A stretch of DNA of 56,904 nucleotides from an uncultured Candidatus Bathyarchaeia archaeon (lineage in GTDB: Archaea; Thermoproteota; Bathyarchaeia; Bathyarchaeales; SOJC01): NCBI GenBank assembly GCA_964544285.1, contig CAZJAQ010000001.1:45640-102543 (forward strand), in the 5' to 3' direction. A program made the position numbers and the translations under genes. The notes below the pieces were generated by a model that was not told where the DNA came from, searched no databases, and saw nothing but the letters and a program-made list of their open reading frames with translations. Positions 1 to 8,444 of this stretch are shown piece after piece. How positions within the stretch are numbered: position 1 is the first letter of the stretch; every line of letters begins with the position of its first letter.

Positions 1-485
1 GGGTCTGGTGGGCACATTCTGCACACGACTTCTATGTTGGGGTTAAACTCCTTCGCAAAGCTTTGAAGATAGCCAAAGCGTACTTGTTTGCATGGAAACT
101 CGCCCAATCCCTTGCTCATCCTCGTCTCTTGGGTTCGGCAGCGTGTCACTCGGAAAACCCCCTGCTTAGCCAATGCCTCCCATTCTTTCTCGGTCTGGTA
201 GAGAGCCCAGCTCGTGTTGCGAAGGGTCTTTATCAAGGCTGCAACATCGTTGTCCTTCACGTCCAACGTTTCCTTCAATTCCCTAGCCTCGAGTTTTCCC
301 ATGATTCTCCAGCAGCCCGCGTCAATCTCAGTAGCCGCCTCTGTCCCGAATTTTTCCTCTATCCCGAGGAAGTAGAGTCCGTCAACTCGCCAGAGGTTCT
401 TGATATGCAAGAAAAACAGTTCGAGCAACTTGTCTTTGGGTATGTTGCCCAGCATTTCCAAGTCTTCTTTAGTTGGCCAACTCAT
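1..485 (-). CDS. conserved hypothetical protein, partial (3' end runs off the left window edge)
   Basis: Absent from the ORF track because no stop lies in the window. Reverse-strand ATG at 485-483 opens MSWPTKEDLEMLGNIPKDKLLELFFLHIKNLWRVDGLYFLGIEEKFG...FPCKQVRFGYLQSFAKEFNPNIEVVCRMCPPD, which has protein-like composition. The 63..533 + ORF is its antisense shadow. Confidence 0.55.
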   Translation of the reverse strand, partial: MSWPTKEDLEMLGNIPKDKLLELFFLHIKNLWRVDGLYFLGIEEKFGTEAATEIDAGCWRIMGKLEARELKETLDVKDNDVAALIKTLRNTSWALYQTEKEWEALAKQGVFRVTRCRTQETRMSKGLGEFPCKQVRFGYLQSFAKEFNPNIEVVCRMCPPD

Positions 486-545
486 GCTGCACACCGTCTT
501 AATCGGAACTATTCTTTTCACGAGCGCAAATAAGCCTTCAGTCGG

Positions 546-1673
546 CTAAACTAGAGTCTTCTGTTCTTTGCCCGAGATAAGACTCGACGCCCTCACCCCG
601 ACAAGCCTCACTTTCCTGCCTCTGCCCAGATAGGGCTGAGCGAGTTCTCGCACTGCTTTCTGGATGCTCTGCAGGTCGTTTGTGAAGAAAGACAAAGTCT
701 TCCCATGGGTGTGGGTTTCAAAGTTTTCGTAGCGGATTTTGACTGTCACCGTCTTGAAGAGTAGCTTGCGTTCCACGAGTTCCCCGTGGATTTCTACGCT
801 GAGCTTGTCTAACGCTTCGAAGACGGGCTCGTAGTCAGCCGTGTCTTCTTCAAAAGTGGTTTCTCTGCCCACAGACTTGACCACGCCTCTTTCGGCGACT
901 TTGCTCTCATCTACGCCTCGGGCTGAGAGGTGATACTGAGCTCCCATCACACCGAACTTTTCGGTTAAGACTGAGGCGTCGAAAGCTGCTAAATCGCCTA
1001 TCGTCTTAATGCCCATCTCGTTCAGCTTGTGCTCCGTTTTCTTGCCCACCCACAGCAATTTTCGCACGGGCAACGGAGCCAAGAAACGTTCCACCTCACT
1101 TTCCATGATAACCGTCAAACCGTCGGGCTTCTTAAAGTCGCTGGCAATCTTAGCTACGAGCTTGTTGGGACCCACACCGATGGAACAAGTGAGCCTCTCC
1201 TTCTCGTAAACCTCGCACTTTACAGCCTCAGCCAACTTTCTCGCCTCTTCAAAACTGTTTACTCTCTGGCTAACGTCCAGAAAAGCCTCGTCGAGCCCCC
1301 ACTGCTCAAACTTGTCCGCGTATTTTCGCAGAATCTCCATGATTCGAGACGAAGTCTGGATGTAGAGCTTGAAGTTGGGCTGCAAGTACACGGCTTGAGG
1401 ACAGAGCTTCCAAGCACGCGAGATGGGCATGCCCGACCGTACGCCGTATTTTCTTGCCTCGTAGTTACAAGTACTCACGACCCCTCTCCCTCTTCCCTCC
1501 TTAGGGTCAGCTCCGACAACGACGGGCTTCCCCTTCAATTCCGGATGCCCACGCTCTTCCACTGCGGCGTAGAATTGGTCCATGTCAACGTGAAAGATTA
1601 TTCTGCGTTTGGCATCGTCTCTATTTTCTACTTGCATCCGCTCAACCGCCCAAGACCCTATGCGAGTCTTCAT
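546..1673 (-). CDS. dinB: Y-family DNA polymerase IV (DinB/Dpo4)
   Basis: IIFHVDMDQFYAAVEERGHPELKGKPVVVG, SIGVGPNKLVAKIASDFKKPDG and the little-finger region are classic DinB/Dpo4 motifs. An alternative start is at MQVEN (1637). Confidence 0.9.
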   Translation of the reverse strand: MKTRIGSWAVERMQVENRDDAKRRIIFHVDMDQFYAAVEERGHPELKGKPVVVGADPKEGRGRGVVSTCNYEARKYGVRSGMPISRAWKLCPQAVYLQPNFKLYIQTSSRIMEILRKYADKFEQWGLDEAFLDVSQRVNSFEEARKLAEAVKCEVYEKERLTCSIGVGPNKLVAKIASDFKKPDGLTVIMESEVERFLAPLPVRKLLWVGKKTEHKLNEMGIKTIGDLAAFDASVLTEKFGVMGAQYHLSARGVDESKVAERGVVKSVGRETTFEEDTADYEPVFEALDKLSVEIHGELVERKLLFKTVTVKIRYENFETHTHGKTLSFFTNDLQSIQKAVRELAQPYLGRGRKVRLVGVRASSLISGKEQKTLV

Positions 1674-1761
1674 ACTGCAGAAGCATTGTGTTCCAATGCG
1701 TACATAGGCTTTTTCCGAACACCCGAAGAATCAAGAGATGGTCTATTCGTAAGAGTGTCAA

Positions 1762-2026
1762 TTAAAACGTGTATCTAAAAGCTTCGGGACGCTGCGTGTA
1801 GACCTTGCCGAGCTTCTCTCTTAGGGAAGATGGGGAATCAACGATTTCCCTTAACATGTTGCGAGTCGGCACCACGACCGAAGCCTGAACCATACTCTTC
1901 AAAGTCCTTAGAGGAGTGCGCGTGATCCCCGCTGACGCCTTCAGCAATTCCAGATTCCACTCAATCGCTGCCAACTTCTTCTCGATCGGGAAAACCTGCC
2001 TTTTTTTTCGGGGTCATGTTTTTCAT
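1762..2026 (-). pseudogene. small ORF apparently interrupted by a frameshift at an A8 run (or two unrelated short ORFs)
   Basis: ATG at 2026 follows a GGGGG and a TATA-like box but stops after 21 codons. Removing one base of the homopolymer (T8 on + strand, 2001-2008) joins it in frame to ORF 1762..1974. Confidence 0.25.
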
Positions 2027-2055
2027 GTCCCCCAAGACTATTATCTTGTCTATTG

Positions 2056-2063
2056 CTATATAG
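2056..2063 (-). promoter_or_regulatory. TATA-like box (CTATATAG) upstream of the small ORF starting at 2026
   Basis: AT-rich palindromic octamer about 30-37 nt upstream of ATG 2026, which is typical archaeal promoter spacing. Confidence 0.35.
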
Positions 2064-2137
2064 GATAGTTATTCCTCTCGGAAACATGTTTCTAAAACCG
2101 ACATATTCCAGCAGCGAAAACACGTTATCTGTATACA

Positions 2138-3262
2138 TCATGGAGACGTTGCTTCGAAGGTTTGTATCTCCTGTGGATGAGTGGTTCTTTGCATCAAGAA
2201 TATCACAACGGCGACTAGAGTTATGATGATAATCCCCCCGCCAGCGAGGACCAGAATCTTGGGAGCGACAAAAACGGAGACGATTCCACTATCTGCTCCA
2301 GCGTACTCGTCGTTTCCAGACCAGCTTGCTTTGACGTGGTGCTGCCCCCAAAGCGGTGGCTTCCACGAGAATGCGTATCGCCCGTTTGAGTCCAACTCTA
2401 CCGTTCCGACAAAAAACCAGTCGCTACCCGTAGTGGCATACAGTGTCACCGTTCCGCTGGGGTTTGAGACACCAACCTGACCTGCCATCACTACAGCGCT
2501 TCCTTCCATCAAAAAACTCGGTGAAACAGTCAAAGATACCACAGAAGACGCTAGCGCCCCGAAACTCGACGAAACCTGCCCCGGGGCAATCTGCTCACAG
2601 CCATCCAGCGTGACAACCGTCACTTGCGCACCCTCCAGCTCGGGAGGGCATTCACCGACTCTCCAGCCGTTCTGCCAATCGTCTCCAGTGCATTCAGCCA
2701 TGTAGTAACGTGTTCCTCCATAATCAACAAACGTTACTGTGGTGCGTGCGTCTTTCGGAGGGGTGGAGAGATTTACGCCAACGTTCATGTGGCTCTCCTG
2801 TCTGCAGTAGAGGAGGACGACGTCCATGCCTTGAGCTTTCATCAAGGACGATGCCAAGTAAGAGAACAGGTCACAATCTCCCTTGTTTTCGACCAAGGTT
2901 TCAACGGGGTATTTGGCTCCTTCAACGACTTCGTAGGGAATTTGATGGACAAACATGAGGGCTGCGTTCACAAAGTCTTCCTCGTCTGGGAAGATGCTCC
3001 TAACGTCTTCAGCCACAAGTGCCAACGAGTAGGGAGTTACAAAACTCGCAAAACTGTCTTGAGATAACTGATGACTCTTCTGCTGGTAATACTCGTACAA
3101 CGAGGAAGTAGTTGAAAGGGTAAGACGATACGTTGACGCGCCCTTGATTAGGAAGTAGGTTCGCTGATAGTCTTGTGCAGAGCACACTTCAGGAAGGGTC
3201 AAGACCAAGAAGACGATGATTATGATTGTTGAAACGAGTTTGCTGACTACAGTTTTATGCAT
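2138..3262 (-). CDS. membrane-anchored secreted transglutaminase-like cysteine protease-fold protein with Ig-like domain
   Basis: Likely start is MHKTVV (3262), followed by a signal/TM helix. It has a transglutaminase-core-like NKGDCDLFSYLASSLMKAQG with downstream His (HMNVGV), a beta-rich domain and a C-terminal TM anchor. Confidence 0.65.
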   Translation of the reverse strand: MHKTVVSKLVSTIIIIVFLVLTLPEVCSAQDYQRTYFLIKGASTYRLTLSTTSSLYEYYQQKSHQLSQDSFASFVTPYSLALVAEDVRSIFPDEEDFVNAALMFVHQIPYEVVEGAKYPVETLVENKGDCDLFSYLASSLMKAQGMDVVLLYCRQESHMNVGVNLSTPPKDARTTVTFVDYGGTRYYMAECTGDDWQNGWRVGECPPELEGAQVTVVTLDGCEQIAPGQVSSSFGALASSVVSLTVSPSFLMEGSAVVMAGQVGVSNPSGTVTLYATTGSDWFFVGTVELDSNGRYAFSWKPPLWGQHHVKASWSGNDEYAGADSGIVSVFVAPKILVLAGGGIIIITLVAVVIFLMQRTTHPQEIQTFEATSP

Positions 3263-3363
3263 GAAACATCCAAATGGACGTTCCTGCTTCGACGTGAAAA
3301 AGTCTATGAAGTGGGAATCTGAATCACAAAACAGCAAACCTGCCTAGACGTACGATGCGTGGG

Positions 3364-3546
3364 CTAGTAGATGTACAGGGTTTCTTTGTCTACTTGCACC
3401 ACGTTTCCCTTGGCTCTGCCGAATTCAAGGAGGATTCGCCGCATCTCTTTCAGGGTTTTCACTCCTCTGGCTTTCTCTTTCCAATCGGGGTCAGACAACA
3501 AACGCACGATTACATCTAAACTAGCGACGAGCTTTCCACTGCACAA
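3364..3546 (-). CDS. small hypothetical protein (60 aa)
   Basis: Intergenic ORF with balanced charged/hydrophobic composition (MCSGKLVASLDVIVRLLSDPDWKEKARGVKTLKEMRRILLEFGRAKG...). I recognise no family. Confidence 0.35.
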   Translation of the reverse strand: MCSGKLVASLDVIVRLLSDPDWKEKARGVKTLKEMRRILLEFGRAKGNVVQVDKETLYIY

Positions 3547-3664
3547 AGCGTGTCTTCTCCTCTCTCACTCACGTATGTAATCCAGTGCGGTGATAAAGCG
3601 GTTATTTCCGTATTCGACTTATGTCTGTCCAATTAACAGACGTAAGACAGTTCTTGCGAAAACG

Positions 3665-4237
3665 TTACACAGGCGAGCTTTTCTCCATGGCGCGCTCAAA
3701 GATTTGAACGAACTTTTCCAGGATTCCGTAGGTCAAACCCCAAACCACGTTGCCCTCCACGAAATAAGCTGAAACTTCCCCGAAAGGAAAATGGGCAATT
3801 CCTCTGCATTCTCGCAGCTTTTTCAAGGAGACCCACAGGTATCCCTCTAGCTCTCGGCTCAACACAATCGTAGGCTCGTGTTCCAGAAGAACCACGAAGG
3901 GAGCTACCAACAATTTTGGCTCAACGCTCGACCTAATGTTCTCGAGCACTCCCAAAAAACGACAGCGCTGAGCAAGGTTTATGTTGATTTCTTCCCGCGT
4001 TTCCCTGACAACCGTCTCCCTTGTGTCCCGGTCTTTTGAATCACGTTTCCCGCCTGGAAAAGCCATCTGCCCCGACCACGGGTCTGAAGGGCTCTCTATT
4101 CTCTTCACCAAAAGAATCTGAAAATCTTGGTTTACATGCCTCAGTACAAGGGCAACGGCAGCATCGGCATCTTTCACTTCTGATTCAGGCTTCAGCATCT
4201 GGGACAAGTTTTCTACAGCTTTAGAGTTGTTCGGCAT
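3665..4237 (-). CDS. NUDIX hydrolase (CoA pyrophosphatase-like)
   Basis: Nudix box GGKRDSKDRDTRETVVRETREEINI. The upstream LLVKRIESPSDPWSGQMAFPGG approximates the CoA-pyrophosphatase signature. Confidence 0.8.
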   Translation of the reverse strand: MPNNSKAVENLSQMLKPESEVKDADAAVALVLRHVNQDFQILLVKRIESPSDPWSGQMAFPGGKRDSKDRDTRETVVRETREEININLAQRCRFLGVLENIRSSVEPKLLVAPFVVLLEHEPTIVLSRELEGYLWVSLKKLRECRGIAHFPFGEVSAYFVEGNVVWGLTYGILEKFVQIFERAMEKSSPV

Positions 4238-4310
4238 CGTCGTCTCCTCTTCAAGATTCCTCTGCTAATAAGTATAAAAGCAACTTAACAAAAAATATTG
4301 TTGAGACGAA

Positions 4311-4535
4311 ATGAGTATGGGTTGTTGGAAATGGTTTAACAACGTCCTGAAAGAAGCGGGAGTTGAAGTGACCGACAAGAACAGAGAAAAAGTGGACGAA
4401 GTAATCCACAGATACGTCGGAGAACAAGCAAGCCTAGGCCGCTGCTCTCCCAACTGGAGCAAGGCGCGTAAACAGATTCAAGCCAACGAGCAGATGAAGA
4501 AAGAACTGATGGAGAGGCTTCGAGCAATCGCCTAG
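4311..4535 (+). CDS. small hypothetical protein (74 aa)
   Basis: Intergenic ORF with an ATG start and helical, charged, protein-like composition (…NREKVDEVIHRYVGEQASLGRCSPNWSKARKQIQANEQMKKELMERLRAIA). Confidence 0.45.
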   Translation: MSMGCWKWFNNVLKEAGVEVTDKNREKVDEVIHRYVGEQASLGRCSPNWSKARKQIQANEQMKKELMERLRAIA

Positions 4536-4587
4536 ACTTCTCAGACTCTTTTTTATCCTCGTAGCTCAAGAAAAAGAAAGAGAAAGT

Positions 4588-5970
4588 TTAGTACTGTGTT
4601 ATTCCGGTAAAGCGGAATTTGTCCAGTTTCATTGCGGGAGCGGTGACGTCATCCACTATTTCAATCTCTTTCCCTATCGCTGGAATCTCTTTCAAAGCTG
4701 ATAGCATGCTGTCTGTGTAGCGCAGGTTCATCACTGGCTTTGTAACTTCGCCTTTCTCTATGAGGAACGTGCCGTCTCTCGTGAGTCCTGTGAGAATAGC
4801 CTTTGTAGGCTCCACGGGGTTGGTGTAGTGGAACCTTGTCACGAATATGCCGTGCTTAGTGTCTTTAACCATCTCTTCTTCAGAAGCGTCTCCATGGGCT
4901 ACGACAACGTTGAAGGGTATGGGGCGACCTGCGAAAAAAACGTACATCGGCGGCAAGGTGTGCCCGGTGCTTTTTTTGCCTTTTTCTTTCCCAGCCGTGA
5001 AAGAGTCGTAGCAGAGGCTCTTCTCCGAAACCCTGCCGTTCTCTATAAGTTGCGTTTTCTTTTTGGGGACGCCTTCACCATCCACTGGGAATGAGTAAAG
5101 CGACATCGTGTCTCGTGGGTCGTCTTTCACGTTGAGCTTCTTGTCAAACACTTGTTTGTTCATGTTGTACTTCACGAAGGATTGTCCATCTTGGTAGCTT
5201 GTGGCTGAAAAGCCAATGTACCCTAAGAACATGAAAAGTTCCGCTGCCGCTCGGGGCGAGAGAACAACCTCGTACTCGCCTACAGGGATTTTCTTTGGAT
5301 TTATGCTTTTGACCGACTTTTCCGTCGCTTGGGTTCCCATTCTCACGGGGTCGATGTCTTTTATTCGTCTGGAATGCTGTTCTGCCGAGCCGAAACCCTG
5401 CGATGCCTTCGACTTTGAGATAACAGTTGTTTGCAGAGAGGCTAGTGTGAGTTCTGCCCAGGCTGAAACCCCGAGAGAGTTGGCAACGGCAAAAGCAGAA
5501 GAACTGGTGGAAAGGGAACCCGCAACTGCTTTAACCACTTTCGATTTTGAGTGCGCAGTGTCTATGACTTCTTTAACCTTCTCAGCTCTAAGGTCAGGCG
5601 TGCACTCCGCAGTTTTCTTGTCAAACGTTCCCTTTATCGGCGTCCACTTCGATGGTTTGGGCAAGCTTTTGAAGTCTTTGTTCGGCGGAGTTACTTGAGC
5701 GATTTTCACGGCTTTTTTCACCGCTTCTTCGATCTGTTTCTTTTCCAGAGAGTTGGCACGCAATGACCCGACTTTTTTGTCGATGACGACTTTTATTGCC
5801 ACCCCACCTTTCTTTGAAGCAACGTTTTGATGGATCTGTGAGTTAGCGTAGCGGGTTAAAGCCGAGTCCACTAAGAATGCAGATACTTGCGCTTGGTCTA
5901 CTTTCTGCTTCAACGCAAGTTCAACGGTGTTTTCGGCAATTTCCACCAATCTTTTCAAAACCATGTTCAT
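4588..5970 (-). CDS. pmbA: PmbA/TldE family metalloprotease-modulator protein
   Basis: PmbA_TldD family similarity throughout. I prefer the start MNMVLKRL at 5970, preceded by GGGAGG and 12 nt after the tldD stop. The longer track ORF would overlap tldD. Confidence 0.85.
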   Translation of the reverse strand: MNMVLKRLVEIAENTVELALKQKVDQAQVSAFLVDSALTRYANSQIHQNVASKKGGVAIKVVIDKKVGSLRANSLEKKQIEEAVKKAVKIAQVTPPNKDFKSLPKPSKWTPIKGTFDKKTAECTPDLRAEKVKEVIDTAHSKSKVVKAVAGSLSTSSSAFAVANSLGVSAWAELTLASLQTTVISKSKASQGFGSAEQHSRRIKDIDPVRMGTQATEKSVKSINPKKIPVGEYEVVLSPRAAAELFMFLGYIGFSATSYQDGQSFVKYNMNKQVFDKKLNVKDDPRDTMSLYSFPVDGEGVPKKKTQLIENGRVSEKSLCYDSFTAGKEKGKKSTGHTLPPMYVFFAGRPIPFNVVVAHGDASEEEMVKDTKHGIFVTRFHYTNPVEPTKAILTGLTRDGTFLIEKGEVTKPVMNLRYTDSMLSALKEIPAIGKEIEIVDDVTAPAMKLDKFRFTGITQY

Positions 5971-5981
5971 TTTCCTCCCTT

Positions 5982-7430
5982 CTACTTGATTAGCCCCACT
6001 CTGACTTTCTTGAAGCGTGCAGTGCCACAGCCGTGTCCCACGTACATCACTTGTCCAGGCACTCCTTTGCCACAATTTGGTGTCCCCCACATCATCCAAT
6101 CGTCCTTACTTATGGCATCGCATGCGCCCCAGAACTCTGGCGTGATGCCCGTGTAGGTTGGGTTTCTAACCATCGTCTCTTTGCTGCCCTTCTTGACCAT
6201 CCAGCCGATTTCGGTGCCGAATTGGAAGTTTAACCGTCGGTCGTCTATGCTCCACGACCTGTTCGTCTGCATCAGAATCCCCTTTTTCGTGTCCTCGACG
6301 AGCTCGTCTGCCTTCCACTTCCCCGGCAATAAGTTGATGTTTGTCATTCGAATCAAGGGCAACGCCATGGGCGAGTCTGAGCGCATGCCACCACTGCTCT
6401 CTCTCAGCTTAAGCGACGCCGCTGTCTCTCGCGAAGACTGATAGTCTACGAACATGCCTTCCTTCACGAGATACACCCTTTTAGCCGGGGTTCCTTCGTC
6501 GTCATACCCGAACGTGCCCAATCCGCCTGGAACGGTTGCGTCGGCGACTATGTTGACCAGTTTCGAGCCGTATTTGAGCCTTTTCAGCTTGTCGGGGGTT
6601 AGGAAACTGGTGCCTGCATAGTCGGCTTCCATACCTAAGGCTCTGTCGAGCTCGGTGGGGTGTCCGCAGCTTTCGTGTATTTGAAGGGCTAATTGATCGC
6701 CCACAATGATCAAGTCTGTGGTCTTAGAGGGACATTTTTCCGCTTCAAGCAGCTCCACAGCTTCTTTCCCAACTCGCCTTGCATGTTGAGCCAACTTCAG
6801 AGACTCGAAAAACTCGTAGCCACGAGTCGCGAAGTTGCCGCGGAACGAACTCGGATAAGAACGGCGTTGCACCTCGCCGTTTTTTATGGCAACAGCCATT
6901 ATTCCACCGCCGCACCAGCGAACATTCTGACTGATTTCGGCGCCTTCAGTGCTTAAGAACAGCTTCTTATCGTGGAACGCCCTGAAGAAAGCGTATGACA
7001 CTTTGATTAGCTTTGACTGCTCAGCAACCGTGCGTTCTGCGCCCATCAATACTTCCATTTTTTCTTCTATCGAAACCTTGAACGGGTCTTTTCTCATGGG
7101 TGTTGAATACCTGCCTTTCTTGGCATGTGTGTTCGTTAAGGCTACGGCTTTTTTCTTTGCTTTTGCGCTGGCTCTTGCGATTGCGACGGCTTTGCGGGCT
7201 ACTTCTGTCACTTCCTTCTTCGTCAAGTCCACCGATGCCGCGAATCCCCATGCACCGTTCGACACGACGCGGACTCCGAAGCCTCTCGTCTGCAGAAGGT
7301 AGACTTCTTCGGGGACGCCGTTTTTCACGGTTAAATTCTCTTCTAGGATTTCTCCTATTCTCACGTCGGCGTAGGATGCGCCTGCTTTGACTGCCTCCTC
7401 CAAGCCTTTTCTTCCAAGGTCTGCTGACAA
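5982..7430 (-). CDS. tldD: TldD family metalloprotease
   Basis: Full-length TldD similarity including the HESCGHPTELDR metal-binding motif. It is co-directional and adjacent to pmbA. Confidence 0.9.
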   Translation of the reverse strand: MSADLGRKGLEEAVKAGASYADVRIGEILEENLTVKNGVPEEVYLLQTRGFGVRVVSNGAWGFAASVDLTKKEVTEVARKAVAIARASAKAKKKAVALTNTHAKKGRYSTPMRKDPFKVSIEEKMEVLMGAERTVAEQSKLIKVSYAFFRAFHDKKLFLSTEGAEISQNVRWCGGGIMAVAIKNGEVQRRSYPSSFRGNFATRGYEFFESLKLAQHARRVGKEAVELLEAEKCPSKTTDLIIVGDQLALQIHESCGHPTELDRALGMEADYAGTSFLTPDKLKRLKYGSKLVNIVADATVPGGLGTFGYDDEGTPAKRVYLVKEGMFVDYQSSRETAASLKLRESSGGMRSDSPMALPLIRMTNINLLPGKWKADELVEDTKKGILMQTNRSWSIDDRRLNFQFGTEIGWMVKKGSKETMVRNPTYTGITPEFWGACDAISKDDWMMWGTPNCGKGVPGQVMYVGHGCGTARFKKVRVGLIK

Positions 7431-7525
7431 TTCTGTTTTTTCTCCTCTCTTTTTATCCTACTTTAGCCTGTAGTGCTTAAAAGCGTGTTAGCTTATGCGA
7501 ATAAATTCGACAATATGCATACATG

Positions 7526-8347
7526 CTACTCTTCTAAGGGTTGGCAGCTTGGACAGATGAAGCTGCTTGTTGAGCCCGTTTTTATTTTTTCTATGGTTGT
7601 TTTGCATGCTGGACATGGTTTGCCCTGTTTGTAGGCGATTTTGAATTGCTCTGCTCCGTAGCCGCCTTTGTTGCCGTAGAAATCCTTCTCGTATGCTAAC
7701 CCGCCTAGCTTAACGCTCTCGTTTAGAACTGCCTTCATAGAGTCGTAGAGGGCTTCGACCTCTGTCTTTGCGAGCGACTGGATTGTTCGTTTCGGGTGCA
7801 CTCTCGCGGTGAAGAGTATGTCTTGGATGTAAACGTTGCCGATGCCCGCCACGTTCTTTTGGTCTAGGAGGAAGCTCTTGACGTTGCCCCGCTTATCGTG
7901 GAGCAGCTGTTTGAAATAATCTAACGTGAACTTCTTGTCCAACGGCGAAACGCCAAGTTGAGCGGTCAGCTTATGCTCCCCTAGCTTGTCTTCTGACATG
8001 AGGTGGACGTAGCAGAACCACCAAGCGCGGATGGTAAACCCCGTTCTGTCGTCCAGAGTGAATTTTGTTTGGTATTTCTCTGGCAGCTTGCCACCAGCGG
8101 TGAAGTGGATGACGTCGGCGCCCATGCCTGGGTTAAACAACAGAACATAGCCCGGGCTGAGTTTTATGAAGAGCCATTTTCCCATGCTCTCAACCGAGTC
8201 AATGGTCTTTCCAACTACTGCTTTTTGAAACTTTTCGAGGGGCATGTTCAAGCATTTTGGGTTAGCCACTTCAACCTCTGAGACCCGTTTTCCTGCAACC
8301 TCCTTGTTCATCTGTCGGCTTAGGACGGTTAGTTCAGGAAGCTCCAT
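7526..8347 (-). CDS. Fpg/Nei family DNA glycosylase homolog (atypical N-terminus)
   Basis: H2TH motif (LLDQKNVAGIGNVYIQDILFTARVHP) and C-terminal zinc finger CPACKTTIEKIKTGSTSSFICPSCQ. The N-terminus is MELPELT rather than MPELPEV. Confidence 0.85.
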   Translation of the reverse strand: MELPELTVLSRQMNKEVAGKRVSEVEVANPKCLNMPLEKFQKAVVGKTIDSVESMGKWLFIKLSPGYVLLFNPGMGADVIHFTAGGKLPEKYQTKFTLDDRTGFTIRAWWFCYVHLMSEDKLGEHKLTAQLGVSPLDKKFTLDYFKQLLHDKRGNVKSFLLDQKNVAGIGNVYIQDILFTARVHPKRTIQSLAKTEVEALYDSMKAVLNESVKLGGLAYEKDFYGNKGGYGAEQFKIAYKQGKPCPACKTTIEKIKTGSTSSFICPSCQPLEE

Positions 8348-8444
8348 GTTAACATCTCGTATTCTTTAGCAAGCTACAGCGACGCTTTGTTTTAACAGTT
8401 TCTCCTTCAAGATTCTGTGTGTGTTGCAAAAGAAAAAATGGGGG

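Noticed and set aside
63-1778. Plus-strand ORFs 63..533 and 1029..1778.
   Set aside because: They are antisense shadows of the partial conserved gene (1..485, minus) and of dinB. Their sequences are not protein-like.
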